A stretch of DNA of 64,000 bases from the NCBI GenBank assembly GCA_964016885.1, contig OZ024744.1:79236001-79300000 (forward strand). Reading direction: 5' to 3'. The translations under genes were made by a program, and so were the position numbers. Below the pieces are notes generated by a model. The model was not told where the DNA came from. It saw nothing but the letters and a program-made list of their open reading frames with translations, and did no database searches. Shown piece after piece: positions 49,026-62,191 of this stretch (position 1 is the stretch's first letter; every line of letters starts with the position of its first letter). Source of the DNA: Eledone cirrhosa (lineage: Eukaryota).

Positions 49026-51437
49026 GATATATATATATGAATGTATGTATAGTATATTTGGCAATATACTGTGTTTAATTAAAGACATTTAAAAGACCAT
49101 ACGCTATCAGTTTTAAAGTAGTGACTATGTCATTTCAGCGAAAGAAGGGAGAGAGTCTGACAGTCTCGTTCACGCTGGTTGGTGTTCATCAGAGCCATGT
49201 ACTCCCTGCTTTCGCCGAAAATTATAGAAGCTGGATTCTTATAGAATTCCAGTAATAATCAGGAGCTGATTATACAGAGCGATTGCCGCAAAAATGATGT
49301 ATTAGGATTGGTGCTCTGAAATAGCGATGTATACATGAATGTATAGTATATTTGGCAATATACCGTATGTTTATAATGTTGATGAGCTGACAGTTTTAAA
49401 ATCAAATTAATCAAAATGTTCAGCTTGGTGTCTTGATATACATACACCTGTAAAGTAGTAGTGCTGTCCTCAAAACTAAACCCACTTCTATTGTATCCTG
49501 ATTAGAATAAGTATACCGTATCCCTGTGTCATAAGGAACGAGTAAAAGGGTTGGTGTCCATTAGTAAAAATACTATACACTTTTAGGTTAAAAGTTAAAA
49601 TATATTATTAACTTCAATATTATTATAGTAATAATAATAATATTTTCGTTTGGTTGTAAATCTGGCCATAGAAAAACCTCCCTCTGATGCCCTATGCACA
49701 TGCTTATTTTGTTTAATATTCAATTTTCATTCAGATTCGCATTTCACATTTAAAATAATTGAAAAATAATGTGGAAAAAGAATCAGACCAAATATGACAA
49801 TTATATATTGTAGCACGTGTTCCAGCTATAAAATTGTAAATCGCGGTTTTATTCTGGGAAAGTCACGCGTAAAGAAAAATAAAGGGAGATAACTACAACA
49901 GATAACGGTTTTTACTCGCATTAAATTTAGGTCACCGTGACCAAAATATCTCGGCACTCCGTGATTTATTTAAAGTTTTAATTTCTAGAAAAGGCTTGGT
50001 TGCAGTTGCTGTTGTTGTTTAGGCCCCAGGCTAGTTCTGGTCAGTTTGGCCTTATGATAGATAAGATGCGCTCCAGTCTTTTTGTTTCTTCTGGTTATGG
50101 TATGTCTGAAGACTACGTTATGTATATTTCTAAACCAGGCGTTTTTGTAGCATAGTTTTGGTTGATTATTTTGGGAATATTTTCTTTTCTTAATACAATG
50201 AATTTCACAAAATTTAGAATATGGTGAGATCACACGTCTTTCATATTTTGGTACCGGCAGAATTGTTAGAGCGTCAGACATTTGATATTTGACACAAGCT
50301 CTGTATGTTCTGGGTTCAAATCCTGCCATGGTCTTTGCCTTTCAACCTCTTGGGGGTTGATTTAATTGTCTTCGCGCTACTCCAATTTACTCACCTTGTG
50401 CCTAAATTATGTCATCATCGTTGCTATTGTGGAATATAGATTGGTAGAAATGTTAGAACAGTAGCAAAGTGTTTTGCAGTATTTGTTTTGAGTTTTCTTA
50501 GTCATCATCTTTCTATGTTTTTTTACCTTAAATTTCTTTGATTCATAAAAAAAAATAGACATTGAATACTAATGATGATTTTACGTTAATCATCATCATC
50601 ATCATCATCAACTAATTTTATACATAATCAAAATTACTCTGGTCTAAAATGACTTAACTGTAATATTTTTTTTAATTTATAAGAAAGCTTTATTTTTATT
50701 ACTTTATTTTTTATCTAGGGCAGTGGATTAGCAGTATCATTTCAGTGTCACAAAATTTATTTTAGCGATATATATTCTAGTTCTTTATGTTCCACCTAAA
50801 TCTTTCGGTTTTCCAGGGTCCATAAAGTACCAGACAAATAAATACTTTGACAAATATAATTGACCCTCCTCCCTTTTCCCAAATTGCTGACCTTGTGCCT
50901 AAATTAGAAATTAGAAATTTTCAGTTGTGATATAAAATTAGGTTATAAAATTCTAAATATTTTTCAACTATGTTACAGCAATTAAAATGTGTGCTGGTAA
51001 TTTGTAAATTAATTTTAGGAAAATTAAACCATCTAGTAGATGGAAGCCTTGTGGTAAGTGTGTTGTGGGACTTACAATTTTAAAGTTATGGGTTTCATTC
51101 ATAGACTGGAATGTGTGGAGTGTTCTTGAATAAAACACCTCATTTCACGTTGCTCCAGCCCACCCAGCTGAAAATGAGTACCAGCAATAACTGGGGGTTT
51201 AACCCTGTGATGAACTGGCATCCTGTCCAGGGGAGAATTTTGTACTCAGTCACTTCATACCATGGAAACTAGGATAAACACCAGCCGGAGGAGTCTCCAG
51301 GCTCAAGAAAGAGGTTCTCAAAGTAGGGGGTGGTAGAGATATGATAGTTTATTAAATACAAATGATACGTATATATATAAATATACTAAAATATATATTT
51401 AGACATAGTATATATATTATTTATTATATATAAATAT

Positions 51438-51767
51438 GGAGGCGCATGGCTTAGTGGTTAGAGCATTGGACTTGCAATCGAAAGGTTGTGAGTTCAAAAC
51501 TCAGACCAGGTGATGTGTTGTTTCCTTGAGCAAGACACTTTATTTCACATTGCTCCAGTTTATTCAGCTGTAGAAATGAGATGATAGACTGAGGTCCCTA
51601 TCATTCCACTGTAAAGTGGTTGTGGAGGTGTCATGGCAAAAAAGCACCCAGCACTCACTGTAAATGAGGTTGGTGTTAGGAAGGGCATCCAGCTGTAGAA
51701 ATCAAGCCAGAATCAGTTCCCGTCCCACCCTTGCAAGCAGGGAAAAGCGGACGTAAAATGATGATGA
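51438..51767 (+). mobile_element. tRNA-derived CORE-like SINE with LINE-derived tail (also 8072-8410 +, 14971-15290 -; tail variants 3689-3985, 29423-29755, 51040-51305)
   Basis: A-box TGGCTTAGTGG, B-box GAGTTCAA, central CCTTGAGCAAGACACTT, (ATG)n tail. Confidence 0.85.
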
Positions 51768-51894
51768 CCATAAATTAACGATTTTATTTATTATATATTA
51801 TTTACAATTTGTGTGGAAATAGTGTTGGGGTGTGCTAAGGGTATTACTAAGCCATGAGGTGGCAGAGTAATTCAAAATGTTTGAGAACCTCTGC

Positions 51895-51938
<44 letters not shown>

Positions 51939-53121
51939 CCCAGCCTCCCATTTCCGTCCACTGTCGGTGACACCACAAAAATCACTCAGTCTTCACTGTA
52001 AAGTGGTCGTGTAGGAGAGACAGTAAAAAGCCTCCCAGTCCACGTTGTAAAAGTGGTTGGTGTTAGGAAGAGCATCCAGCCGTAGAAAACCTGCCGGAGG
52101 CACTTCCGTACGAGCGAGACACGGTCTCCTGACCAATCCGACATCAAATGAAACAAAACTGCCTATTCCATACTACTGTGGAAGATGGACGGTAAACGAT
52201 GATGAAACCATGCATATATGTATATCTACTAAATGTTCTAAAGACATTTAGTAAATATATATATGCATGATTTGTTTACTATTTTATCATTGTATTCTTC
52301 CCCATCTAAAGTGATGTATCATTGATTCATAATTGTTCTTGTAATATCTTTTTTAAATAATAAAGGTAGTTCAGGACAATTTAAATAAATTTTAATACAA
52401 AGCTATAATAAAATGTAGCTTGCTTGAAGCATTGTATATAATATATAATGTGGAAAGTGATATATGTAAGAAGGCTAAAACAATGCAAAATGGATGGTAC
52501 GATGAAGGCAACGAAAAAGTTGGTTACCTGGTAATCTTTATTGATTTTTATTGTTAGAAAAAAAATGTCAAAGATTACCAGGTAACTAACTTTTTCATTA
52601 CCTTCATATTACCATCCATTTTGCATTGTTTTAGCCATATTACATATATCACTTTCCACATTACAAAGCTATAAAGTGCATTTTAAATAGATTTAATATC
52701 AATTACAGAACATAGATGATAACCTGTATATTTGGTTATATTTTAACTTTGTGTAAGAATGTACACCATTGTTGACCCATTTAATCGACCTTGGTTTTAT
52801 GACCCAATGCTGTTTGTTTTTAGTGTTTTATATTTATCTAAAAGCCTCCTGTCACAATTCTATGTAAAAAGCTTTTTTAAGTTATGTTCCGAACACCAGA
52901 TAAACAATGAAAAAGGTATATTGTTAAATCCCTTCAGATTCTTGATTATTTTCAATATGATTTGAAAATCATGGCCATAAAATATAAGTTAATGAAAGAA
53001 TGGATAATGCAGAAGGAACTTCTTACATGTCTGTATAATATAAATTTCTATAGAAAGTCTTTAACATTGCTTGTGTGTATGTAAATTGATGTTAAATGAT
53101 GATGATGATGATATATATATA

Positions 53122-53447
53122 TACAGTTGTCCCCCTGTTATTTGCGGGGCTTACATTCCTAGAGCACATGCAAAGAGTGAAAAAATGCAAATATTGGACG
53201 GGGTCCTTAAAAATGTATATAAACGTGAAAATATAATTTTAAAAAAAGAGGGAGTGTTTTATACGAAGGAGTGTTCGATAGGCCGGCAAATACAGTATAT
53301 TTTTAATAATTTAGTGTTAGAAAAGGCATTTAGAAATTTATGGAAGATTCCGCGTATATGCGGTGGCCTACATAAACAATCATTAGTTAGGTTCTAAAGA
53401 AAATTACGCGAATAACCTGGACCACGAATGCTGGTGAGGTACACTAT
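53122..53447. mobile_element. Tc1/pogo(Tigger)-like MITE remnant
   Basis: TA|CAGTTGTCCCCC.GTTATTTGCGG start, degenerate inverted end and TA flank. Confidence 0.45.
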
Positions 53448-55085
53448 ATACAATGTACAAACACACGTGAATTTAGGTTATGATGACCTAGATGGAAAAT
53501 GAGAAGTAAGTGGCACAACTAGTATAGTTTTTTAATCATCAATTGAAAATCATGCATTAGGATTCATCATTATCAGCATTTAATGTCTTATTTTCTATGT
53601 TAGCGTGTGTTAGACGAGTTGTCATGTTATGAGAAGTCAAGTCAGGTGACTGTGTCTTGCTCATACAGATTTGGACTGGGTACTTTTTGTCATTTCACCA
53701 ATTCAGCCACTTTACAGAGTGGACTGGGTGCTTTTTATTGTGTTACCATCATGACCAACTTACAGTGTGAATTAAGTTCTTTTTTTCCATTATAGCAGAA
53801 TTGTCAGAGAGTGTGTCCAGTTCATGCTTGTATGCATAGGTTAGACAGATGTAGAAGTTGGTAGAGGTGTATGCAGGATAAGGATTGTAGAGGTCAGTCT
53901 TAAGGTGAGGTACACAGCTAGGGGAAGGTAAAGAGGGAGATGAGATTTGGTGCAGACTAGTGTTCTCTAGATGTTAGCTGTGCACATGGGAAGGTGGGTC
54001 TTTTGCAGTATTGTATATTATCAGAGTTCCCAATCCTGTGTTATTTCTTTTGAGAGGTTTAATTGTGCAAGTCAGCTTTCTGTCTTCTTCCCAAGCTTTC
54101 CTAAGTCTTCCCCTTCCATAGTTTCCTTCAACTTCGAGCACCCTTCACCTTTTTACATAGCTGTCATCCTCCATACCACTCCGATCTCTTCTGCACGTTG
54201 CATCTGATTCCTCTTATGACCAGTTTCTCTCTTTTTATTGATGCTTTGCCGTTCATGCACACTGCTATTACACATCCATCAAAACAAGAAATCTTCATAG
54301 GTCCTCTGCACACAATGCCAGGTCTCATTTCCATGCAATGAACAATGTTATACAGTTTGCAAAAAAACTACTCATAATAATTGAACCATATTTACTGTGC
54401 ATCCCTATTATAGGTATACTTGATTTGGGGAATTGACTGAAACGTTTTTTTTTTTGTTGTTACTAAGATTTTATTTGTTACATCTGTATATGTGGTTGGT
54501 GTTAGGAAGGGCATCCAGCTTTAAAATTCCAGGCCAAATTTACAGTCCTAGTTGGAGCAAGGTACGGCATGGCCAACTCTGACCAGACTTGTCTCCTGAT
54601 ATGGATGACCTGTCTAACCCATGCAAGCATGGGAAAATGGACGCTAAACAGTGATGATGATGAAGGGTTGGCTGATAAGTTCATAGGGCTGACCAAGATA
54701 CTCATGGAATAACCAATTGAGGTTTATTTTTCAACATCGTCCCTGAAAAGAATCAATGCAAAAAATCAGAAGCCTTTAATAAGAGTTAAAATTAATGCAT
54801 GCAAGATTTCATAGCCAACTGATGAATTTTTCAGCTGACATAACTTTAACATGGTTTTTATAATATAAAATTATGTTGGAAGATTTTTTATTTAACAATG
54901 TTTGATTTTGTTTCATAAAATAAAAGACGGTTTTGGTTGGGTTCTAAACATATCTAACAATTATGTTATTGGAATTGGTAAAAAATCTTTTTCTGGTTAT
55001 AGTATCAGGATATTCTTTGTTAATTTTACTGTGAAAAACATTGTGCACTGAATGTTTTGTTTGTTTTTGTTTTGTTTTTCTGCAG

Positions 55086-55284
55086 ACGACCAGATGATTG
55101 GACACTGTCATGGGGTGGTAGTGGACAAATTTTGGGGTGGGGCCATAATCACCGGGGTCAGCTAGGAGGTGTGGATGGTCCCAAGGTGAAGTTACCTGTC
55201 AGTTGTGAAACACTTGCAACGCTGCGACCTGTGCAGCTCATTGGAGGGGAACAAACATTATTTGCTGTTACTGCTAATGGAAAG
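55086..55284 (+). CDS. HERC2: HERC2 exon 17, start of RLD3: [13 protein letters not shown]...[11 protein letters not shown]...FAVTANGK
   Basis: ctgcag|A ... AAG|gttgtg; 199 nt, phase 2 to 0. Confidence 0.94.
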
Positions 55285-55298
55285 GTTGTGTATTTTAT

Positions 55299-55542
55299 TT
55301 AACTCTTTCATGACCATATTTCTAATAAAATGTATTTGAATTAATTAATGGAGAGAATTTTTAAGAATTTACTAAATAAAATGAATAATTATTTCATAAT
55401 TTAGGTAGTAACTTAACTTATGGTTCTGATATAAAATTATGTTGAAAGATTTTAATTTCAATCGGAGCTCTTTAAAATGTGTGGTATTGTTTCATAGTAC
55501 CATGGCTGGTTTGGGCATGTTCGTTTTTATTAAAAGGGTTAA
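55299..55542. mobile_element. TTAA-flanked MITE family B (also 55877-56086, ~14581-14845, ~35790-35989, ~28088)
   Basis: TTAAC(C/T)C.TTC...AAAGGGTTAA ends and a shared interior (CATATTTCTAATGAAAGACAC...). Confidence 0.65.
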
Positions 55543-55623
55543 ACAATTATCTTTTTGTGTAATTGCTTATGTTTGAACTTATTGAATTATTGAACCATGT
55601 CGATGTTCTACATTCCATTTTAG

Positions 55624-55838
55624 GTTTATGGTACTGGATATGGTGCCGGTGGTCGTTTGGGTACTGGTGGTACCGAGTCAGTGGCTACGCCTACTCTTCT
55701 AGAGTACATTCAGCATGCATTTATCAAGAAACTTGCTGTGAATTCTGGTGGGAAACATTGCTTGGCATTATCTGCTGAAGGAGAAGTATTTACATGGGGA
55801 GAAGGAGAAGATGGAAAGCTGGGTCATGGTATCAAAAT
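55624..55838 (+). CDS. HERC2: HERC2 exon 18, RLD3: [13 protein letters not shown]...[11 protein letters not shown]...DGKLGHGIK
   Basis: ttttag|GTT ... AAT|gtgagt; 215 nt, phase 0 to 2. Confidence 0.96.
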
Positions 55839-56848
55839 GTGAGTTATCTTGAGCTTAAAAACTGTAATGATATTTATTAACCCATTCATTACCATATTTC
55901 TAATATAAGACACTGTTTTAGAATTAATTACCAGAGAATTTGGAGGGATTTACTAAAGTTATTTCAATTGTTAAGATGGTATTTCTATCATAATAAAAGT
56001 TTCTTATGCAAAATGATGTTGGAAGATATAAATTTGAAATGAATGACTTTGTTCCATAGAAGTATAGGTGGTAGTGAAAGGGTTAAAATGTTTTCTTGTG
56101 TCAACTTTTAAAGTTCTGTCAAATTATTTTGTCCTAACTCTTAGATTTATAATTTTCTTATAATTTTTTAAAGAATTTTGTCATGCAAGGAGGAAAAAAA
56201 TTAAATTTTCCCAATTTTCTTTTTAGAAAATAATTTTGTCCCCATCTCAACTAAATTATATCTCCTTCACTTTTAGATGGATTGTTATGTTATTATTATT
56301 GGCAGTAGTTGGCAGAGCATCGGACAATGCTTTGCAGCATATAGTTATGGCCCTTTACATTCTGAGTTCAAATTTCACCGTAGTTAGCTTTGCCTTTCAT
56401 TCTTACGGGGTCAATTTAGTTGATTTTCCCCACATCTTCAAATTTCTGACCTTGTACCAAATGTAGAAACAATTATTATTATTACTATTATTATATTGAT
56501 CCCATTTTGGGAGTTCCCTTACAACAGGATTTTGATAAATTATTTGTGTTGGACACAGAAAAAAAATTCCTGTAGCATTATATATTAATCTATATCTTCT
56601 GTAGTTTTTTTGGCAATATAAAATGTTAGTTAATGATATCTAAATTAGTAATTAACTTGTAACATCTGGTGCCACATAAAAAATTGAAGTCTTTAGTTTA
56701 TGACGAATTTTCACAATGATCTGTCCAGTGGTAAAGATACTATAAACATTCAAATTAACAAGCTTGTTTTTAAACATTTTCTGCTAAATCCATACAGGAT
56801 TTTTTAAATAATTGTTAAAATTAACTAAATATATTGTTATTCTTTCAG

Positions 56849-57026
56849 ACCTTGTGATCGCCCGAGAATGGTTGAAGCTTTGCGTGGGAAAGAAGTGATT
56901 GATATAGCAGCAGGAGGAGCTCACAGTGCTTGCATCACAGCTAGTGGAGAAATGTATACATGGGGCAAAGGTCGATATGGCAGATTGGGTCATGGAGATA
57001 GCGATGATCAGACCAAACCAAAACTG
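56849..57026 (+). CDS. HERC2: HERC2 exon 19, RLD3: [28 protein letters not shown]...QTKPKL
   Basis: tttcag|A ... CTG|gtaagg; 178 nt, phase 2 to 0. Confidence 0.96.
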
Positions 57027-57949
57027 GTAAGGCTTTCATATTTAAAACAAATATATCATATTTCAACCCTGTTCATATGTGTCCAGAAGTGTGTTTTATA
57101 TTATATATTTATCTAGAAATTCTTATCAGAGCATCGGACAAATGCATAGCAGTATATTTGCGAGTTCTTTATGTTCTGAGTTCAAATTCCACTGTGGTCA
57201 ATAAAATAAAGTACCAGTTAATTGCTGGCCCTGTGCCAGTGTTAGAAAGAATATTATTATTTATTATTATGTAGTTAGTTTTGGACGTTTACATTCTGAG
57301 TTTAAATCCCTCCGATGTTAGCTTTGCTTTTCATCCTTATGGGGTTGATAAAGTATCGGTAACATACTGAGGTAGATTTAATTGACTTTCCCCATTTTCA
57401 AAATGCTGGCCTAGTGCCTAAAGTAGAAATAATAATAATTATTATTATTATTTATATCATTAGGGTGATATATTGGCAGAACTGTGAAATCCATTGAAGT
57501 ATTTCATTATGCCCCTCTAAGTTCTGGTTTTAAATCCTGTTGAGACCAATTTTGCCTTTCATCCTACTTGGTTGGATAAAATAAAGTACCAGTAAAGCAC
57601 CAGGGTGATGTTGGTTTGATTCCTGATCCAGCTTGCGTATTGTGTTTTTGAGCAAAACACTTCATTTCATGTTGCTCCAGTGTCCTTTCAATTGAAAATG
57701 GGCACTGGGATTTAACTGTATCCTTTTCTGGGGGAAGTCTTGTACTCTGTCACTTAGTGAGCCTCCAGGCTTGGGACGGGCTTTAATTTTTTTTGTTTTA
57801 AGGACGGGGGTCAATATATTCAACTTTTCCCTTCTGAGTTCAAATGCTAGTGTGGAAGATAGACGTTAAACAATGATGATGATGATGAACATCGTATTCG
57901 TTTGACTGTTAGTTGCTTTGACTTAGAAACATATATCTTTCTTTTGCAG

Positions 57950-58073
57950 GTTGAAGTATTAAAAGACTACCGTGTGATAGATGTTGCATGTGGTAGTGGT
58001 GATGCACAAACATTGTGCATCACTGATGATGATAGTGTTTGGTCTTGGGGAGATGGAGACTATGGTAAACTTG
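57950..58073 (+). CDS. HERC2: HERC2 exon 20, RLD3: [23 protein letters not shown]...WGDGDYGKL
   Basis: ttgcag|GTT ... TTG|gtaagt; 124 nt, phase 0 to 1. Confidence 0.96.
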
Positions 58074-58875
58074 GTAAGTTTCCTTTGTTAATATCTTCAT
58101 ATAGTTTCTGTAAAATGTTTTGAAAGAAAGTGAGAGAGAGAGCAATAGTGTTGAGTTGAATATCCAGAAAGAAATACATATTAATTTACATTATGATACA
58201 AAACTGTTCAATTTAAAATGTGTATCCTTATATTAAACATTCCATCAGAATTTTTAAGTAATGGAGAGATGCTGTGCTGAATAGGACCCGTCCAACCCTT
58301 GCAAGCAGGGAAAAGTGGACGTAAAATGATGATGATACAAACCTGTTCTTTTTAAAATGTCTATACTTAATATGAAAAGCTTTCATAAAAATTATATTTT
58401 AGTAATTTTTCTAAATATCAGGTTACTAATGAAAAACTTAATTATTTTCAAAATTAATTGAAACACACACATAGGCAGTGTATTTCATTAGAAATATACA
58501 TTAATGAGAAAAAGGATTTGAACAATACTATAGTCTAAAAACTAGATTATTTTTTGTTTGTGTTAGCTGAATTATTATCAGTTCATTACAAACACTAGTT
58601 AGACACAGATCAGTCACATCACATCAGTAGACCTGTTACTCTTCTTTTTTATATCAAACTAGTATTTTAATGAATTAATTGTTTTGAAAGATATAACGAA
58701 CTTCATTACTTAAAATATTTCTTTGAGATTGACAGTTTTTATTTATTTAGTATTTCCCTTTACACAATTTTGAATGTTAGTATGGAAACTGACCGCCGAC
58801 AGCTTCTTTTTCCGTCTTTTAAGGGTCTTCACTCTATTTTATAGAATCTATGTGCTTGAGCACATCCTTTATACT

Positions 58876-58909
<34 letters not shown>

Positions 58910-58984
58910 TGTGTATATATATATGTATATATATGTATGTATGTATATATATATATATATGTATGTATATATATATATGTATGT

Positions 58985-59018
<34 letters not shown>

Positions 59019-59123
59019 GTATATATATATATGTATGTATGTATATATATATATGTATATATATGTGATTATGTATATATATGTATGTATATATATATAT
59101 ATGTATGTGTATGTATATGTATG

Positions 59124-59170
<47 letters not shown>

Positions 59171-59171
59171 G

Positions 59172-59221
<50 letters not shown>

Positions 59222-59222
<1 letters not shown>

Positions 59223-59781
59223 GTCTCATGGTCGGGTCGTTGGCGACTAAACTGGCAACCCCACCAAGGTTTCTTGGTGAGGAGGGTGACTTTGGACATC
59301 CTGCAGGACTAAAAACAAAACCTGTCAAAGGGCAAAGGAACTCTTAAGAGTCAATGGCCATCCAAAATCACCGGGAGAGATGACCCCTTAGCCTTTGTCA
59401 AGGCAGAATTCTAGGAGAAGGAAAATTCTGATATAACACCTGCAACCCTGATGGTATCCAATGATGTTGACTTGTTCTTCTTTTTGGTAAATATCATCTT
59501 GGTTAAGAGAGTGGGACTGGCTTTGTGCAGTGCCTTTGCTCACTATAAAAGCTTCACGGCACAGGCATTGCTTTATATCTGGAGATCTCTCTGCACTTGT
59601 GGTCACGTGGTACCATGGGCCCAGCACTATGTGTCAATAATTGTCACAAGTGTAGTGTTTGTACCAGAGTTTTCAAGTCGCTGGCTGGGCTAAAAAGTCA
59701 CACTCGTTCAGCACATCGGTAGGGGATCTCCTACATGGATATAAAGTAGTGGCCGTACTCGAAAACGAGTTGGCAGCCACC
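59222..59781 (+). mobile_element. Short bipartite RTE-like element (5'UTR joined to the extreme 3' end) inserted in a microsatellite
   Basis: RTE-like 5'UTR motif CTAGGAGAAGGAAAA.TCTGA (~59411); terminal C2H2 finger [22 protein letters not shown] (~59650-59721); 3' stem-loop ACTCG-AAAA-CGAGT. Confidence 0.65.
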
Positions 59782-59870
59782 ATATATGTATGTATATATA
59801 TATGTATATATATGTATGTATATATATATGTATATATATATGTATGTATATATATATGTATATATATATG

Positions 59871-59944
<74 letters not shown>

Positions 59945-59970
59945 TGTATGTATGTGTATATGTATGTATG

Positions 59971-60010
<40 letters not shown>

Positions 60011-60052
60011 TGTATGTATATATATATGTATGTATATATATATATATGTATG

Positions 60053-60099
<47 letters not shown>

Positions 60100-60160
60100 G
60101 TGTATATATATGTATGTATGTGTATATATATGTATGTATGTATATATGTATGTATGTATG

Positions 60161-60191
<31 letters not shown>

Positions 60192-60213
60192 ATATGTATG
60201 TATGTATATATAT

Positions 60214-60316
60214 ATATATATTAATATATGATAAACACATACGTGTTTGTATTGTAAGAGACAAAGTGTCTCTTACAATACAAACACGTATGTGTTTATC
60301 ATATATTAATATATAT
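60214..60316. repeat. Perfect inverted repeat, 50-bp arms, 3-nt loop
   Basis: 60214-60263 is the exact reverse complement of 60267-60316; loop AAG. Confidence 0.95.
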
Positions 60317-60413
60317 TAACTTGTATTTCACTGCTCGGAAATGCTTCTTTCTTTGAGCTGATTAATTGTAAATGACTTTGAGTTTAAACTCTAAATATAA
60401 TATAATATGTATA

Positions 60414-60458
<45 letters not shown>

Positions 60459-60527
60459 ATATATATATATGTGTATATGTATATGTATATATATATATGT
60501 ATATATATGTGTATATATATACATGTG

Positions 60528-60558
<31 letters not shown>

Positions 60559-60589
60559 GTGTATATGTGTGTATATATATATATGTGTG

Positions 60590-60622
<33 letters not shown>

Positions 60623-60651
60623 GTATATATGTATGTATGTATATATATATG

Positions 60652-60682
<31 letters not shown>

Positions 60683-60695
60683 GTATATATATATG

Positions 60696-60730
<35 letters not shown>

Positions 60731-60743
60731 GTATATATATATG

Positions 60744-60808
<65 letters not shown>

Positions 60809-60821
60809 GTATATATATATG

Positions 60822-60886
<65 letters not shown>

Positions 60887-60887
60887 G

Positions 60888-60918
<31 letters not shown>

Positions 60919-61637
60919 GTGTATATATATATATGTGTATATATATATATATGTATATATATATATGTATATATATATATGTGTATATATATATGTGTAT
61001 ATATATATATATGTATATGTATATGTATGTATATGTACATATATGTATGTATATATATGTATATATATGTATGTGTATATATGTATATATATGTATGTAT
61101 ATATATGTATATATATATGTATGTATATATATGTATATATATATGTATATATATATATGTATATATGTATATATATATGTATATATATATATATATGTAT
61201 ATATGTCTATATATGTGTGTATATATACATATATATATATACATATATATACATATATATACATACATATATATACATATATACACATATATGTACATAT
61301 ACATACATATACATATACATATGTGTATATATATGTATATGTATGTATATATACATATGTGTATATATATGTATATGTATGTATATGTACATATATGTGT
61401 ATATATGTATATATATGTATATATATGTATATATATATGTATATATGTATATATGTATGTATATATGTATGTATGTATATATATGTATATATGTATGTAT
61501 ATATGTATGTATATATATATATGTATATATGTATATATATATGTATATATATATATGTATATATGTATATATATATGTATATATGTATATATATATATGT
61601 ATATATGTATATATATATATATATGAATATATGTCTA

Positions 61638-61681
<44 letters not shown>

Positions 61682-62191
61682 TACAGTATCGTGGGTGAGG
61701 ATGGAAAGAAGAGGTATAGAGAGAAACGATACAGATGATTATTTGCCAAAAGCATTCGTGCTGGATGCTTATGCAAACGGTTAAATATTAGAGGCGTTAA
61801 TATTCAGTGTGCAAAGTTAAGCAGGGCAATTATACAGGGCCCATTGTATATGCCTTTACTTTTCTCGAAGCTTAAGCCTATGTTGAAATTGCAGCTTTAT
61901 ACTAACTAAAATTAGTGTATAGTCTTTAATGACCTTAATCATAATTAACACTCACATTCATACCTTAACAATGCCTCATTAAATTGACTTGACAAAGCAT
62001 AATTAAATTAGCACCTTGTGACTAGACGTAAGAACAAATTTTGTAATAAACGGTCATTAATTTAACAGATAACTCTAGCTAGCACCGTAATTACCTCCCT
62101 TTGTTCAAAAGTATAAACACTAGATTGTAACACTGAGCTATGAATTTCGATGTTAAAATCTTACTCATGCCCGTGCAGGGTTCATTATTAA

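Larger units (their letters stand above)
58876..61677. repeat. Compound (TA)n/(TATG)n microsatellite tracts (58876-59222, 59782-60220, 60400-61677)
   Basis: Directly visible; source of the Y/I/M/C/V/H/T artefact ORFs. Confidence 0.97.

Noticed and set aside
48144-49088. Nested antisense protein-coding gene (314 aa)
   Set aside because: It is a 5'-truncated LINE ORF2 lacking the endonuclease and the catalytic RT core; the start lies in flanking non-element sequence.
51438-51510. tRNA genes at SINE heads
   Set aside because: A/B boxes are present but there is no complete cloverleaf, and each continues into a SINE core and tail.
58774-61784. Long ORFs up to 470 aa
   Set aside because: Translation of (TA/TG)n microsatellite that simply lacks stop codons; open in several frames on both strands.
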